DNA of 64,000 nucleotides from Frankiaceae bacterium (GTDB lineage Bacteria; Actinomycetota; Actinomycetes; BP-191), in NCBI GenBank assembly GCA_035940575.1, contig DASZER010000011.1, positions 315 through 64,314 on the forward strand, in the 5' to 3' direction. The notes below the pieces were generated by a model. That model was not told the origin of the DNA. It saw only the letters and a program-made list of their open reading frames with translations, and did not search any database. A program made the position numbers and the translations under genes. Positions 9,855 to 21,302 of this stretch are shown here, one piece after another (position 1 is the stretch's first letter; every line of letters begins with the position of its first letter).

Positions 9855-10825
9855 CCGAGCCGCTGTCGCTCGTCGCCGCGCGGCGGCGTTGCGGCGACGT
9901 GCTCGACGCGGTGTCGACGGTCGTCGTCGGCAAGCGCGACGCGCTGGAGCTCGTGCTGCTCGGCGTCCTCGCCCGCGGCCACGTGCTGCTGGAGGACAAC
10001 CCGGGCCTCGGCAAGACGCTCATCGCGCGCACGTTCGCCGGCGCTCTGGGGCTCGACTTCAAGCGCATCCAGTTCACGCCCGACCTGCTGCCCTCGGACA
10101 TCACGGGGTCGTACGTGTACGACCAGCGCGCGGGGACGTTCGACTTCCGCAGGGGGCCGCTGTTCACCAACGTCCTGCTCGCCGACGAGATCAACCGCAC
10201 GCCTCCCAAGACCCAGGCCGCGCTGCTGGAGGTCATGCAGGAGGGGCAGGTGTCGGTCGAGGGGACGACGTTCGACGTCGAGAAGCCGTTCGCGGTCCTC
10301 GCGACGCAGAACCCCATCGAGTACGAGGGGACGTACCCGCTCCCCGAGGCGCAGCTCGACCGCTTCCTCTGCCGCGTCCGCGTCGGCTACCCCGACCGCG
10401 ACGACGAGTGGGAGGTGCTGCGCCGCAGGGTCGAGCGCCGCGTGGACGAGCAGAGCGTCGAGCCCGTCGTCTCGCGCGACGAGGTGCTCGCGCTGCAGGC
10501 GACCGTCGAGACGGTGACGGTCGAGGAGACCGTGGGCCGCTACATGGTCGACCTCGCCGCCGCGACGCGCGGCAACCCCCAGGTGCTCGTCGGCGCCTCG
10601 CCGCGCGGCGCGCTCGCGCTGCTCAAGCTCTCGCGCGGCCACGCGCTGCTCGACGGCCGCGACTACGTCACGCCCGACGACGTGAAGGCCGTCGCCGTCC
10701 CCGCGCTCGGCCACCGCGTGACGTTGCGGCCGGAGATGTGGGTGCGGCGCGTCACCGGCGACGACGTCGTCGCGCAGGTGCTCACGACCGTCCCGACCCC
10801 GCCGACGGTGGCGCCGGGCCGATGA
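9851..10825 (+). CDS. moxR: MoxR-family AAA+ ATPase (start uncertain)
   Basis: HVLLEDNPGLGKT, RIQFTPDLLPSD, LADEINR, ATQNPIE and YPLPEAQLDRF motifs. Confidence 0.9.
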   Translation, partial: VAEPLSLVAARRRCGDVLDAVSTVVVGKRDALELVLLGVLARGHVLLEDNPGLGKTLIARTFAGALGLDFKRIQFTPDLLPSDITGSYVYDQRAGTFDFRRGPLFTNVLLADEINRTPPKTQAALLEVMQEGQVSVEGTTFDVEKPFAVLATQNPIEYEGTYPLPEAQLDRFLCRVRVGYPDRDDEWEVLRRRVERRVDEQSVEPVVSRDEVLALQATVETVTVEETVGRYMVDLAAATRGNPQVLVGASPRGALALLKLSRGHALLDGRDYVTPDDVKAVAVPALGHRVTLRPEMWVRRVTGDDVVAQVLTTVPTPPTVAPGR

Positions 10826-12081
10826 CCACCCCGCACGTCGGCAGGCTGACGACGTTCGTCGCCCTCGCGCTGCTCACCGCCACGATCGCCGGCCGCGTCG
10901 AGGTCGCGGTCCTCGGCGTCGCCGCGGCGGCCGTCCTCGGCGCGAGCCTGCGCCGCGAGGCGCCGTCGGTGACGACCGAGGTGCTCGTGTCGGACGAGCG
11001 CGTCTACGAGGGCGACGAGCTCGACCTCACGATCCGCCTGCGCGCGACCGGCGACGCGGACTCCGTGACCGTGCGGCTGTCGGCGCACCCGGCGTTGCGG
11101 GTCCGCCACCGCGACGCCACGGTCACGGTCCCGCTGCGCGACGGCGAGACGCGCGACGTCGTCCTCAAGGCGGTCGCGTCGCGGTGGGGCGTGCTCTCGG
11201 CGGGGCCCGCGTACGTCGTCGCGTACGGCCGCGGCCGTACGCACGCCGAGGCCGTCGTCGCACCCGCGCAGGTCGTCCGCGTGCTGCCGCGCCGCGAGGA
11301 GTTCGACGCCTCCGCCGCGCACCCGCACACCCGCGCGCTGGCAGGCAGCCACCCGGCGCGCGTCGCGGGCGAGGGCATCGAGCCGACGGGCGTGCGGGAG
11401 TACCGGCCCGGGGACGCGTTCCGGCGCGTCAACTGGCGCGTGACCGCGCGCCGCCGCGCGATGCACGTCACCGAGCAGGTGCCCGAGCGCAACGCCGAGG
11501 TCGTGCTGTTCCTCGACACGTACGTCGACCGCGGCCCCGAGGGCGCGACGACGCTCGACCTCGCGGTCCGCGCCGGGGCGGCCATCGCCGAGCACTACCT
11601 CGCGTCGATGGACCGCGTCGGCGCCGTCAGCTTCGGCGGCGTGCTGAGCTGGCTCTACGCCGACGCCGGGCGCGTGCAGCAGCACCGCGTCGTGGAGCAC
11701 CTCATCGGCACCGCGACCGTCAAGACGTACGCCGACAAGGACGTGGCGTTCCTCCCGGCACGGTCGCTGCCGCCGCGCGCGCTCGTGATCGCGCTGTCGC
11801 CGCTGCTCGACACCCGCGCGGCCGGCGCGATCGCCGACCTCGCCCACCGCGGCTACGGCCTCGTCGTCGTGGACACGTCGCCGCGGCCGCTGCTCCCGCC
11901 GCCGACCAGGTGGGCGCGCGACCTCGCGCAGCGCCTCTTCCTCGTCGAGCGCGACGCGCTCGTGCACCGGCTCGCCGAGGTCGGCGTCCCCGTCGTGCCG
12001 TGGACGGGGGCGGGCTCGCTCAACGTCGTGCTCGCCGAGGTCACGCGGCTGCACGCCCGCCCGCGCGTGGCGATGCGATGA
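10822..12081 (+). CDS. DUF58 domain protein
   Basis: VREYRPGDAFRRVNWRVTAR motif; follows moxR with ATGA overlap. Confidence 0.85.
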   Translation: MTTPHVGRLTTFVALALLTATIAGRVEVAVLGVAAAAVLGASLRREAPSVTTEVLVSDERVYEGDELDLTIRLRATGDADSVTVRLSAHPALRVRHRDATVTVPLRDGETRDVVLKAVASRWGVLSAGPAYVVAYGRGRTHAEAVVAPAQVVRVLPRREEFDASAAHPHTRALAGSHPARVAGEGIEPTGVREYRPGDAFRRVNWRVTARRRAMHVTEQVPERNAEVVLFLDTYVDRGPEGATTLDLAVRAGAAIAEHYLASMDRVGAVSFGGVLSWLYADAGRVQQHRVVEHLIGTATVKTYADKDVAFLPARSLPPRALVIALSPLLDTRAAGAIADLAHRGYGLVVVDTSPRPLLPPPTRWARDLAQRLFLVERDALVHRLAEVGVPVVPWTGAGSLNVVLAEVTRLHARPRVAMR

Positions 12082-12584
12082 GGGACCTCGCCCGGCTCGG
12101 CGCCGCCCTCTGCGCGGTGCTCGTCCTCCTCCGCGACCACGCCATCGCCCCGGGCACGCCCGCGCTGTGGCAGGCGACGTACCTCTGCGCCGCCGTCGTG
12201 GTCGCGGGGCTCTCGCTGTTCCGCGACGGCTTCGCCACGGCGTCGGGCGTCGCGCTCGGCGGCCACTACCTCCTCGCGCTGAACTACGGCGACGTCACCG
12301 CCGACCTCGGCGCCCCGATCGTGGCCGGGCTCGTCGTGCTGCACCTCGACCTGCTCGACCTCGCGCTGTCGGTGCCGCGCGAGCGGGCGATCGACCCGGC
12401 GTTCCTCCGGTCGCGGCTGCGGCACGCGGCGTTCGTCTTCGGCCTCGGCGTCGTCGCGGGCTCCGTGGCCGTGCTCGTCGCGACCGTGGACTGGCCGTCC
12501 TCGACCCTCACCAGGGCGATCGGCGTGGCAGGCGTCGCGCTCGCCGTCGTAATCCCGCTCGGGATGCTGCGCGCGCGACGGTAG
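12078..12584 (+). CDS. Hypothetical membrane protein
   Basis: ATGA overlap; about 5-6 hydrophobic segments. Confidence 0.65.
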   Translation: MRDLARLGAALCAVLVLLRDHAIAPGTPALWQATYLCAAVVVAGLSLFRDGFATASGVALGGHYLLALNYGDVTADLGAPIVAGLVVLHLDLLDLALSVPRERAIDPAFLRSRLRHAAFVFGLGVVAGSVAVLVATVDWPSSTLTRAIGVAGVALAVVIPLGMLRARR

Positions 12585-12594
12585 GTTGAGGCGC

Positions 12595-14361
12595 ATGAGC
12601 AGGCACGTCCTCACCGCGGTCGCGTGGCCGTACGCCAACGGCCCCCGCCACATCGGTCACGTCGCCGGGTTCGGCGTGCCGAGCGACGTGTTCAGCAGGT
12701 ACCACCGGATGGCCGGCGACGACGTGCTGATGGTCAGCGGCACGGACGAGCACGGGACGCCGATCCTCGTGCAGGCCGACCGCGAGGGGCTCACGCCGCG
12801 CGAGGCCGCGGACAAGTACAACCGCCAGATCGTCGGCGACCTGCACGGCCTCGGGCTCGCGTACGACCTGTTCACGCGCACCACGACGCGCAACCACTAC
12901 TCGGTCGTCCAGGACCTGTTCCTCGCGCTGCACAAGTCCGGCTACATCGTCGAGCGCCCGCAGCTCTCGGCGATCAGCCCGTCGACGGGACGTACGCTGC
13001 CCGACCGCTACATCGAGGGCACCTGCCCGATCTGCGGCTACGACGGCGCGCGCGGCGACCAGTGCGACAGCTGCGGCAACCAGCTCGACCCGCAGGACCT
13101 CAAGAACCCGCGCTCGCGCATCAACGGCGAGGTGCCGAAGTTCGTCGAGTCGGCGCAGCTCTTCCTCGAGCTGCCGGCGTTCGCCGAGCGGCTCGGCTCG
13201 TGGCTCCAGGCCCGCACCGACTGGCGCCCGAACGTCCTCAAGTTCTCGATGAACCTGCTCGAGGACCTCAAGCCGCGCGCGATCAGCCGCGACCTCGACT
13301 GGGGCGTGCCGATCCCGCTGCCGGGCTGGTCGGACAACCCGGCCAAGAAGCTGTACGTCTGGTTCGACGCCGTCATCGGCTACCTGTCGGCGTCGGTCGA
13401 GTGGGCGCGGCGCAGCGGCGACCCCGACGCGTGGCGCGCGTGGTGGCAGAACGACGACGCCCGCGGCTACTACTTCATGGGCAAGGACAACGTCGTCTTC
13501 CACACGGTCATCTGGCCGTCGATCCTGCTCGGGTCCACGGACGCGTACGGCCCCGTCGCGCTGCCCGACGAGGTCGTGTCGAGCGAGTTCCTGACGATGG
13601 AGGGGCGGAAGTTCTCCTCGTCGCGCTCGGTCGTGATCCTCGTCCAGGACGTGCTCGAGAGGTACGGCGCCGACCCGCTGCGCTACTACCTCTCGGTCGC
13701 CGGGCCCGAGACGAACGACACCGACTTCACGTGGGAGCAGTTCGTCACCCGCAACAACACCGAGCTCGTCGCCGGGTGGGGCAACCTCGTCAACCGCACG
13801 CTGTCGATGGTGTCGAAGAACCTCGGCGCGATCCCCGCGCCGGGCGAGCTGAACGACGGCGACCGCGCGCTGCTCGACGCGGGCCGCGCGGCGTTCGGCA
13901 CCGTCGGCGCGCTGCTCGAACGCTCGCAGCAGAAGGCCGCCGTCACCGAGACGATGCGGGTCGTCGGCGAGGCCAACAAGTACCTCTCCGACAACGCGCC
14001 GTGGAAGCTCCGCGAGTCCGACCCGGCCCGGTTCGAGACCGTGCTGCACTGCGCGCTGCAGCTCGTCTCCGACTGCAACGCGCTGCTGACGCCCGTCCTC
14101 CCCGCCGCCGCCGACCGCGTCCACGCGATGCTCGGCGGCACGGGCGAGTGGGCGGGCCAGCCCTCGCTGGTCGACGTCGACGACCTCGACGGCGGCCCGT
14201 CGTACCCGGTGCTCACGGGGATGTACACGGAGGCGCAGGCGCGGTGGGCGTCGTCGCCGATCGCGGTGGGGACCCCGATCGCGCCGCCCGAGCCGTTGTT
14301 CCGCAAGCTCGACCCCTCCGTCGTGGACGAGGAGCTCGCCCGCCTGGAGGCGGGGGAGTGA
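12595..14361 (+). CDS. metG: Methionine--tRNA ligase
   Basis: [26 protein letters not shown] zinc knuckle, YVWFDA, GKDN and KFSSS motifs. Confidence 0.97.
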   Translation: MSRHVLTAVAWPYANGPRHIGHVAGFGVPSDVFSRYHRMAGDDVLMVSGTDEHGTPILVQADREGLTPREAADKYNRQIVGDLHGLGLAYDLFTRTTTRNHYSVVQDLFLALHKSGYIVERPQLSAISPSTGRTLPDRYIEGTCPICGYDGARGDQCDSCGNQLDPQDLKNPRSRINGEVPKFVESAQLFLELPAFAERLGSWLQARTDWRPNVLKFSMNLLEDLKPRAISRDLDWGVPIPLPGWSDNPAKKLYVWFDAVIGYLSASVEWARRSGDPDAWRAWWQNDDARGYYFMGKDNVVFHTVIWPSILLGSTDAYGPVALPDEVVSSEFLTMEGRKFSSSRSVVILVQDVLERYGADPLRYYLSVAGPETNDTDFTWEQFVTRNNTELVAGWGNLVNRTLSMVSKNLGAIPAPGELNDGDRALLDAGRAAFGTVGALLERSQQKAAVTETMRVVGEANKYLSDNAPWKLRESDPARFETVLHCALQLVSDCNALLTPVLPAAADRVHAMLGGTGEWAGQPSLVDVDDLDGGPSYPVLTGMYTEAQARWASSPIAVGTPIAPPEPLFRKLDPSVVDEELARLEAGE

Positions 14362-15182
14362 GCTCGCGCTACGAGCGCGAGGGCGACGCGCCGCCCGCGC
14401 CCGAGCCGTTGCGTGTCGAGACCGTCGACGCGCACTGCCACCTCGACCTCATGGGCGTCGAGGACGACCTGGCCACCGCGCTCGCGCTGTCGGCGTCGGT
14501 CGGCGTGCCGCGCGTCGTGACGATCGGCGTGGACGTCGAGACGTCGCGGCTCGCCGCGCGCCAGGCCGACGCGCACCCCGGCATCCTCGCGGCGGCGGCG
14601 ATCCACCCGAACTCCGCCGACGAGGCGACCGACGAGGCGTTGCGCGCGATCGAGGCGCTGGCCTCGGTCGACCGCGTGCGCGCGATCGGCGAGACCGGGC
14701 TCGACTACTACCGCGACACCGCCGACGTCGCGAACCAGCACAGGTCGTTCCGCGCGCACATCCAGATCGCGAAGGCGACGGGCACCGCGCTGGTGATCCA
14801 CGACCGCGAGGCGCACGACGACGTGCTGCGGCTGCTGCGGGAGGAGGGGGCGCCGGAGCGGACGGTGTTCCACTGCTTCAGCGGCGACGCGGAGATGGCG
14901 CGCACGTGCGCGGACCTGGGCTACTACCTGTCGTTCGCCGGCAACGTGACGTTCAAGAACGCGCAGCACCTCCGCGACGCCGCCGCGCTCGCGCCGCTCG
15001 ACCTGCTGCTCGTCGAGACCGACGCGCCGTTCCTCACGCCGATGCCGTACCGGGGGCGCCCCAACGCGCCGTACCTCATCCCGCTCACGGTGCGCGCGCT
15101 CGCGGCCGTGAAGGGCGTGGACGAGGACGACGTCGCGGGCGCCGTGGCCGCCAACGCGGAGCGGGTCTTCGGGGCCTGGTAG
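14358..15182 (+). CDS. tatD: TatD-family DNase
   Basis: [31 protein letters not shown] and ETDAPFL motifs. Confidence 0.93.
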   Translation: MSSRYEREGDAPPAPEPLRVETVDAHCHLDLMGVEDDLATALALSASVGVPRVVTIGVDVETSRLAARQADAHPGILAAAAIHPNSADEATDEALRAIEALASVDRVRAIGETGLDYYRDTADVANQHRSFRAHIQIAKATGTALVIHDREAHDDVLRLLREEGAPERTVFHCFSGDAEMARTCADLGYYLSFAGNVTFKNAQHLRDAAALAPLDLLLVETDAPFLTPMPYRGRPNAPYLIPLTVRALAAVKGVDEDDVAGAVAANAERVFGAW

Positions 15183-15427
15183 GGCCGCTCTGTCACCCGC
15201 CGGTGACGTCCGTATGGCGAGAATGCTGGCAGGAGGAAGCAGCCGCCGGGGCGAAAACAGCACCCAGTCGGGCCTCTCGACGCCCGCGCGCGGCTGGACA
15301 TATGCGCGCAAACGTCGTTAGCGTCCACCGCTGATCGCCGGGGTGGGGAAGCCCCAGCGGCCGGATCCGTCAGGTTCCAGGCCCTGCCGCATGCCCCATG
15401 CCCGGACCCTCCGAGCATCGGAGCACT

Positions 15428-16492
15428 GTGCGTAAGAGGCTGTTCCAGGGGCTGATCCTGTCCACGCTGCTCTCCACGGGGTACGTCTGGGTGACCCTCG
15501 ACAAGACCGTCTCGGTCGAGGTCGACGGGCGGCCGAGGGCGGTGCGGACCTTCGCCAGGACGGTCGACGGTGTCCTCGACCAGATCGGCGTGGAGCCCGG
15601 GCAGCACGACCTCGTCGCACCCGCCGCGAACGTCGACGTCAAGGACGGCTCGCGCATCGTCGTCCGCCGCGGCAGGCAGCTCACCCTCCGCCTCAACGGC
15701 CGGACCAAGACCGTCTGGGTCACCGCGCTGTCGGTGGACGAGGCGCTCCAGCAGCTCGCGATCCGCAACCACACGGGCGCGTGGCTCTCCGCGAGCCGTT
15801 CGCGCGACATCCCGCTCACGGGCCTGGCGCTGGAGGTACGCACCCCCGCCCGCGTGAGCATCGCGGTCGACGGCCGCGCCCGTACGGTCACGACGACCGC
15901 CGCCACCGTGCGCGAGGTGCTGCTGCAGGCCGGCGTACGTCTCGCCGCCGCGGACAAGGTCTCCGTCGGCATGAGCATCCTCCCGCTCGACGGCCTCCAG
16001 ATCCGCATCACCCGCGTCCGCGCGGGCTCGGAGTCGCAGACCATCGAGATCCCGTACGCCACGGTCCGCAAGCCCGACCCGAGGATGTGGCTCGGCGAGA
16101 CCCGCGTCGGGACGCCGGGCGTCGAGGGCGCGCGGCTGCGCGTGTGGCAGCTCACGTACACCGACAAGCGCCTCACCGGCCGCCGCCTCAAGGTCGACCG
16201 CGTCGTGCGCAAGCCGGTGACGGAGGTCGTGTTCTACGGCACCCGCCGCCGCACGGTCGACGACCTCAACTGGCACGCGCTCGCGCAGTGCGAGTCCGGC
16301 AACAACCCGCGCGCCATCGGCGGCGGCGGCGCGTACCGCGGGCTCTACCAGTTCCGCCTCTCGACCTGGCACTCGGTCGGGGGCAGCGGCGACCCGATCA
16401 ACGCGTCCCGCGAGGAGCAGACGTTCCGCGCCAAGAAGCTCTACCTGCGCGCGGGCCGCGCGCCGTGGCCGTACTGCGGCCGGCTGCTGTAG
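15428..16492 (+). CDS. rpfB: Resuscitation-promoting factor RpfB (DUF348 x3, G5 and lytic transglycosylase domains)
   Basis: [10 protein letters not shown] repeats, G5 domain, [12 protein letters not shown]...GLYQF...WPYCG; located between tatD and rsmA. Confidence 0.9.
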   Translation: MRKRLFQGLILSTLLSTGYVWVTLDKTVSVEVDGRPRAVRTFARTVDGVLDQIGVEPGQHDLVAPAANVDVKDGSRIVVRRGRQLTLRLNGRTKTVWVTALSVDEALQQLAIRNHTGAWLSASRSRDIPLTGLALEVRTPARVSIAVDGRARTVTTTAATVREVLLQAGVRLAAADKVSVGMSILPLDGLQIRITRVRAGSESQTIEIPYATVRKPDPRMWLGETRVGTPGVEGARLRVWQLTYTDKRLTGRRLKVDRVVRKPVTEVVFYGTRRRTVDDLNWHALAQCESGNNPRAIGGGGAYRGLYQFRLSTWHSVGGSGDPINASREEQTFRAKKLYLRAGRAPWPYCGRLL

Positions 16493-17316
16493 ACGCGCTC
16501 CTGACGCCGGCGGAGGTCCGTGACCTCGCCGCGCGGCACGGCATCCGCCCGACGAAGTCGCTCGGGCAGAACTTCGTGGTCGACGCCAACACCGTCCGCC
16601 GAATCGTCCGCGCCGCCGCGCTCTCGCCTGACGACGTCGTGGTCGAGGTCGGCCCTGGGCTCGGCTCGCTGACGCTCGGCCTCCTGCCGGCCGTACGCCG
16701 CGTCGTCGCGGTCGAGGTCGACCCCGCGCTCGCGGCGGCGCTGCCGGAGACGGCCGCACGGGCGGGCGGCGACCTGGAGGTCGTGACCGCCGACGCGCTG
16801 CGCGTGACGTCGTTGCCAGGGCCCGACCCGACGGCGCTCGTCGCGAACCTGCCGTACAACGTCGCCGTCCCCATCGTGCTCACGCTGCTCGACCGCTTCC
16901 CGAGCCTGGAGCGCGGGCTCGTGATGGTGCAGCAGGAGGTGGCCGACCGGCTCACCGCCCCGCCCGGCTCGCGCGTCTACGGCATCCCGTCGGTCAAGCT
17001 CGCCTGGTACGCCGCCGCGCGGCAGGCCGGCGCCGTGCCGCGCACGGTGTTCTGGCCCGTGCCGAACGTCGACTCGGGGCTCGTCGCGTTCACCCGCCGT
17101 ACGGCACCCCCCGGCGATCGCGCCGCGGTGTTCGCCGTGGTGGACGCGGCGTTCGCGCAGCGGCGCAAGACGCTGCGCGCCGCGCTCGCCGGGTGGGCGG
17201 GCTCGCCGCCGCTCGCGGAGGAGGCGTTGCGCCGCGCGGGCGTCGACCCCGGGCTGCGCGGCGAGGCGCTCGGCGTCGAGGACTTCGCGCGGATCGCGGC
17301 CGCCCGCGCCCACTAA
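16489..17316 (+). CDS. rsmA: 16S rRNA adenine dimethyltransferase (start uncertain)
   Basis: [36 protein letters not shown] and FAQRRKTL motifs. Confidence 0.93.
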   Translation, partial: VDALLTPAEVRDLAARHGIRPTKSLGQNFVVDANTVRRIVRAAALSPDDVVVEVGPGLGSLTLGLLPAVRRVVAVEVDPALAAALPETAARAGGDLEVVTADALRVTSLPGPDPTALVANLPYNVAVPIVLTLLDRFPSLERGLVMVQQEVADRLTAPPGSRVYGIPSVKLAWYAAARQAGAVPRTVFWPVPNVDSGLVAFTRRTAPPGDRAAVFAVVDAAFAQRRKTLRAALAGWAGSPPLAEEALRRAGVDPGLRGEALGVEDFARIAAARAH

Positions 17317-17327
17317 GTTGTACGGCG

Positions 17328-18218
17328 ATGGTCACGGTCCGCGTCCCCGGCAAGGTCAACCTGCACCTCGCCGTCGGCGCGCGCAGGGGCGACGGGTACC
17401 ACGACGTCACGACGGTGTTCCAGGCCGTCGGCCTCTACGACGACGTCGTCGCGTCGGCGTCGGACGACGACGAGATCACGTGCACGATCTCCGGCGAGGG
17501 CGCCACGACGCTGCCGCGCGACTCGCGCAACCTCGCCGTCGCCGCGGCCCTGCGCCTCGCCGCCGTCGCGGGCGTCACGAGCGGCGTACGGCTCCACCTC
17601 GTCAAGGGCATCCCCGTCGCGGGTGGCATGGCCGGCGGCTCGGCCGACGCGGCGGGCGCGCTCGTCGCGTGCGACGCGCTGTGGGGCACGGGCCTGCCGC
17701 GCGAGGAGATCGAGGCGCTGGCCGCGAGCCTCGGCAGCGACGTGCCGTTCGCGCTGCACGGCGGCTCCGCGCTCGGCGTCGGGCGCGGCGAGCAGGTGTC
17801 GCCGGTGCTGGCCCGCGGGCAGTTCCACTGGGTGTTCGCGCTCGCCGAGGCAGGCCTCGCCACGTCGTCGGTCTACGAGGAGCACGACCGCGGCGACCCG
17901 ATGCCCGTACGCGAGCCCGACGGCGTGCTCGCGGCGCTGCGCGCCTCGGACGTCGTCGCGCTCGGCAGGGCGTTGCACAACGACCTCCAGGTCGCCGCGC
18001 TGCGGCTGCGCCCCGCCCTGCGGCGCACGCTCGACGCGGGCATGGAGCGCGGCGCGCTCGGCGCGGTCGTCAGCGGCAGCGGCCCGACGTGCGCGTTCCT
18101 CTGCGCGACCAGGAGCGACGCGGTCGCGCTCGCGGCGGGGCTCGCGGGCGCGGGCGTGTGCCGTTCGGTGCGGACCGCGCACGGCCCGGTCGCGGGCGCC
18201 CGGGTCGTGGAGCCGTGA
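17328..18218 (+). CDS. ispE: 4-diphosphocytidyl-2-C-methyl-D-erythritol kinase
   Basis: PGKVNLHL, KGIPVAGGMAGGSADAA, LGSDVPF and SGSGPT motifs. Confidence 0.95.
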   Translation: MVTVRVPGKVNLHLAVGARRGDGYHDVTTVFQAVGLYDDVVASASDDDEITCTISGEGATTLPRDSRNLAVAAALRLAAVAGVTSGVRLHLVKGIPVAGGMAGGSADAAGALVACDALWGTGLPREEIEALAASLGSDVPFALHGGSALGVGRGEQVSPVLARGQFHWVFALAEAGLATSSVYEEHDRGDPMPVREPDGVLAALRASDVVALGRALHNDLQVAALRLRPALRRTLDAGMERGALGAVVSGSGPTCAFLCATRSDAVALAAGLAGAGVCRSVRTAHGPVAGARVVEP

Positions 18219-19951
18219 GCAACCTCGTCAACGTCGAGTCGGCCGGCAAGACGTACGGCACGACGACCGTCCTCGACGACGTGTCGCTCGGCATCGGCGC
18301 GGAGGAGCGCATCGGCGTCGTCGGCCGCAACGGCGGCGGCAAGACCACGCTCCTGCGCGTCCTGCTGCGCCAGGAGCCGCCGGACACGGGCCGCGTCACG
18401 CACACGTCGGGGCTGCGCGTCGGCTGGCTGCCGCAGCACGTCGAGCTGCCGCCCACGGCCACCGTGAGGGACGCCGTGGTCGGCGCCGCCGCCGAGCACG
18501 AGTGGGCGGGCGACTCGCGGGTGCGCGCGGTGCTCGACGGGCTCGGGGTGCGGGAGCGCTTCGACGCGCCGGTGGGGCCGATGTCCGGTGGCGAACGCCG
18601 CCGGGTCGCGCTGGCGGCGTTGCTCGTCGGCGAGCACGACCTGGTCGTCCTGGACGAGCCGACCAACCACCTCGACGTCGAGGGCATCGCGTGGCTCGCG
18701 GCGCACCTTGCCGAGCGCCGCTGCGCGCAGCTCGTCGTGACGCACGACCGGTGGTTCCTCGACGCCGTCTGCACCGACACGTGGGAGGTAGCCGACGGGC
18801 GCGTGCGCTCGTATACCGGCGGCTACAGCGCGTACGTCCTCGCCAAGGCCGAGCGCGAGCGCGTCGCCGCCGCGACCGAGGCGCGCCGCCAGAACCTCCT
18901 GCGCAAGGAGCTCGCCTGGCTGCGCCGCGGCCCGCCCGCGCGGACGTCCAAGCCGCGCTTCCGCATCGACGCGGCCAACGCGCTCATCGCCGACGAGCCG
19001 CCCGCCCGCGACGCGACCGACCTCGTGGCGTTCGCGACCGCGCGGCTCGGCAAGACCGTCGTGGACCTCGAGGACGCCGACGTCGTCGCCGGGCCGCACA
19101 CGCTCCTGTCGCGGCTGACCTGGCACCTCGGCCCCGGCGACCGCGTCGGCATCGTCGGCGTCAACGGCTCCGGCAAGACGACGCTGCTGCGCGTCCTCGC
19201 GGGCGCGCTGCCGCCGGCGTCCGGTCGCGTCGTCATCGGCAAGACGGTGCGGACGGCGTACCTCGACCAGGAGGTGCGCGGGCTGCCCACCGCCGGGCGC
19301 GTGCTTGAGGCCGTCGAGGAGATCGCGCGGCACGTCGACCTCGGGCGCGGGCGCTCGTTGTCGGCGGCGCAGCTCCTCGAACGCTTCGGGTTCGAGCAGG
19401 GCCGCCAGTGGACGCCGGTGCCCGACCTGTCGGGCGGCGAGCGCCGCCGCCTCCAGCTCCTCCGGCTGCTGATGACCGAGCCGAACCTGCTGCTCCTCGA
19501 CGAGCCGACGAACGACCTCGACATCGAGACCCTGGCCGCGTTGGAGGACCTGCTCGACGGCTGGCCGGGCACGCTCGTCGTCGTCTCGCACGACAGGTAC
19601 TTCCTCGAGCGCACCACCGACCGCGTGCTCGCGCTGTACGGCGACGGGACGCTGCGCGCCCTGCCCGGTGGAGTTGACGAGTACCTCGCGCGCCTCGCGC
19701 CCGCCGCCGCGCCCGCCGACGCGGCGAAGCGCGAGCGGACCGGCGACACGCGCGCCGCGAAGAAGGAGCTCGTCCGCCTCGAACGCCTCATGGAGCGCTA
19801 CGAGCGCCAGGAGGCGAAGCTGCACGACGCCCTCGCCGCGTCCGCCACCGACTACGAGGCCGTGACCAAGCTCGACGCCGAGCTGCGCGAGGTGCAGGCC
19901 GCGAAGGCCGAGGCCGAGGAGCAGTGGCTCGTGCTGTCCGATGAGGTCTAG
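18215..19951 (+). CDS. ABC-F family ATP-binding protein (Uup-like)
   Basis: Two ABC domains (GRNGGGKT, GVNGSGKT, SGGERRR, LDEPTN), no TM segments, C-terminal coiled coil. Confidence 0.9.
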   Translation: MSNLVNVESAGKTYGTTTVLDDVSLGIGAEERIGVVGRNGGGKTTLLRVLLRQEPPDTGRVTHTSGLRVGWLPQHVELPPTATVRDAVVGAAAEHEWAGDSRVRAVLDGLGVRERFDAPVGPMSGGERRRVALAALLVGEHDLVVLDEPTNHLDVEGIAWLAAHLAERRCAQLVVTHDRWFLDAVCTDTWEVADGRVRSYTGGYSAYVLAKAERERVAAATEARRQNLLRKELAWLRRGPPARTSKPRFRIDAANALIADEPPARDATDLVAFATARLGKTVVDLEDADVVAGPHTLLSRLTWHLGPGDRVGIVGVNGSGKTTLLRVLAGALPPASGRVVIGKTVRTAYLDQEVRGLPTAGRVLEAVEEIARHVDLGRGRSLSAAQLLERFGFEQGRQWTPVPDLSGGERRRLQLLRLLMTEPNLLLLDEPTNDLDIETLAALEDLLDGWPGTLVVVSHDRYFLERTTDRVLALYGDGTLRALPGGVDEYLARLAPAAAPADAAKRERTGDTRAAKKELVRLERLMERYERQEAKLHDALAASATDYEAVTKLDAELREVQAAKAEAEEQWLVLSDEV

Positions 19952-19980
19952 CCTCGGCTCACGTCGAGCGGGGGAGCGAT

Positions 19981-20634
19981 ATGGACGTCTGCGCGGTCTG
20001 CGAGGGTCCTGGCGGCGTCTTCGCCGCGGGCGTCTGCTCGGGGTGCGAGCGCGCCGTCTGCTCGCACCACCTCGCCGTCTGGGCGTGGATCGACGAGCGC
20101 CGCGCCGTCTACGCGGTGTTCCCCGGCACGCACGCAGGGACACTCGTGTCGATGGCCGCGCCCGCGAGCGACCCGGAGTCCCTCCAGGAGCACGAGGCGT
20201 ACCGGCAGGCGTGGGTCGCGGGCCGAACGTCGTGCCTCACGTGCCGTGACGCGGACGGTACGAGCGCCGCCTCCGACGTGCGCAGGTTGCGGCACGCGAC
20301 GTGGGCGGAGATGAGGGCGTACGTCACGAACGGCGCGGTCCCCGACCGCGACCCGGACGCCGCCCTCGACGCCAAGGCGCGGCTCGAACGTCTCGTGACG
20401 GAGTTCCGGACGGCGATGACCGGCGCCGGCTCACCGGGCGCGCACGCCGGCGAGTGGGTGCTCGCGCTCGGCCTCGACCGTGTGCTGCGCGTCCGGACCG
20501 GCGGGACGTACAAGGTGTCGGTGACCTCGCCAGGTGTCGACGTCGCCCAGCCACCGCGCGCCTTCGACGTGTTCCCCGCGCACGAGGGCATGACGCGCCT
20601 GCTGCTGTCGCACGGCGTCGCGCTGCCCTCCTGA
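19981..20634 (+). CDS. Hypothetical protein with Cys/His zinc-binding-like motifs
   Basis: RBS GGGGAG; CAVC, CSGC, CSHH and CLTC motifs. Confidence 0.55.
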   Translation: MDVCAVCEGPGGVFAAGVCSGCERAVCSHHLAVWAWIDERRAVYAVFPGTHAGTLVSMAAPASDPESLQEHEAYRQAWVAGRTSCLTCRDADGTSAASDVRRLRHATWAEMRAYVTNGAVPDRDPDAALDAKARLERLVTEFRTAMTGAGSPGAHAGEWVLALGLDRVLRVRTGGTYKVSVTSPGVDVAQPPRAFDVFPAHEGMTRLLLSHGVALPS

Positions 20635-20649
20635 CGTAGCGTTCGGCGG

Positions 20650-21237
20650 GTGTGGTCCTACGGCGACGTCGTCGCGCACCGGCACCTGTGCGGCGACCGG
20701 TGCTGGATGGGCCTGCCCGTCTACGTCGCCTCGGACGAGCCCGACCTCGTCGTGACGTACCTGCCGGGCGGCGCGGCGTTCCGCTACGTCGACGGCGAGT
20801 GGCCGACGGAGACGGGCCGCCACCCGTGGCACCCGGGCACCGAGTGGGGCGGCCACGGCGTGCTCATGCTGCAACGGCCCGGCGACCCGTACGGCGTCTG
20901 GGTGTTCTGGCGGGGCAAGGCGCGCGAGCACCGCTTCTGGTACCTCAACATCCACGACTGGTCGCGCGCGCACGACGGGTTCGCGATCCGCGACCTCGAG
21001 CTCGACGTCGTGCTGCGGCCCGACGGGACGCACGCGTGGAAGGACGACGAGTACGTCGACCAGCGCGTCGCCGAGGGGCGCTTCACCGCCGTCGACGCCG
21101 CGCGCGCCCGGGAGGTCGGCCGCGACCTGACGGCGATGCTCGACCGCGGCGAGTGGTGGTGGTCCGACGAGTGGGCGTCGTGGACGCCGCCGCCGGAGTG
21201 GGGACCGCTGGCGCTGCCGGAGGACTGGGAGCCGTAG
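20650..21237 (+). CDS. DUF402 domain protein
   Basis: FWYLNI, DLELDVV and WKDDE motifs with a Trp-rich WTPPPEW tail. Confidence 0.8.
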   Translation: MWSYGDVVAHRHLCGDRCWMGLPVYVASDEPDLVVTYLPGGAAFRYVDGEWPTETGRHPWHPGTEWGGHGVLMLQRPGDPYGVWVFWRGKAREHRFWYLNIHDWSRAHDGFAIRDLELDVVLRPDGTHAWKDDEYVDQRVAEGRFTAVDAARAREVGRDLTAMLDRGEWWWSDEWASWTPPPEWGPLALPEDWEP

Positions 21238-21302
21238 GCGCGTTCGTGCCGAGCGGCACCTCGGCGTAACGCGGGCGGCGCGCGCCCGGGCAGCATCGCG
21301 AC

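Noticed and set aside
8650-12584. DUF4129-MoxR-DUF58 operon as a novel system
   Set aside because: This is a widespread, previously described actinobacterial gene arrangement.
15183-15427. c-di-AMP (ydaO) riboswitch call
   Set aside because: Only fragmentary similarity to the consensus, so it is kept as a low-confidence structured leader rather than annotated.
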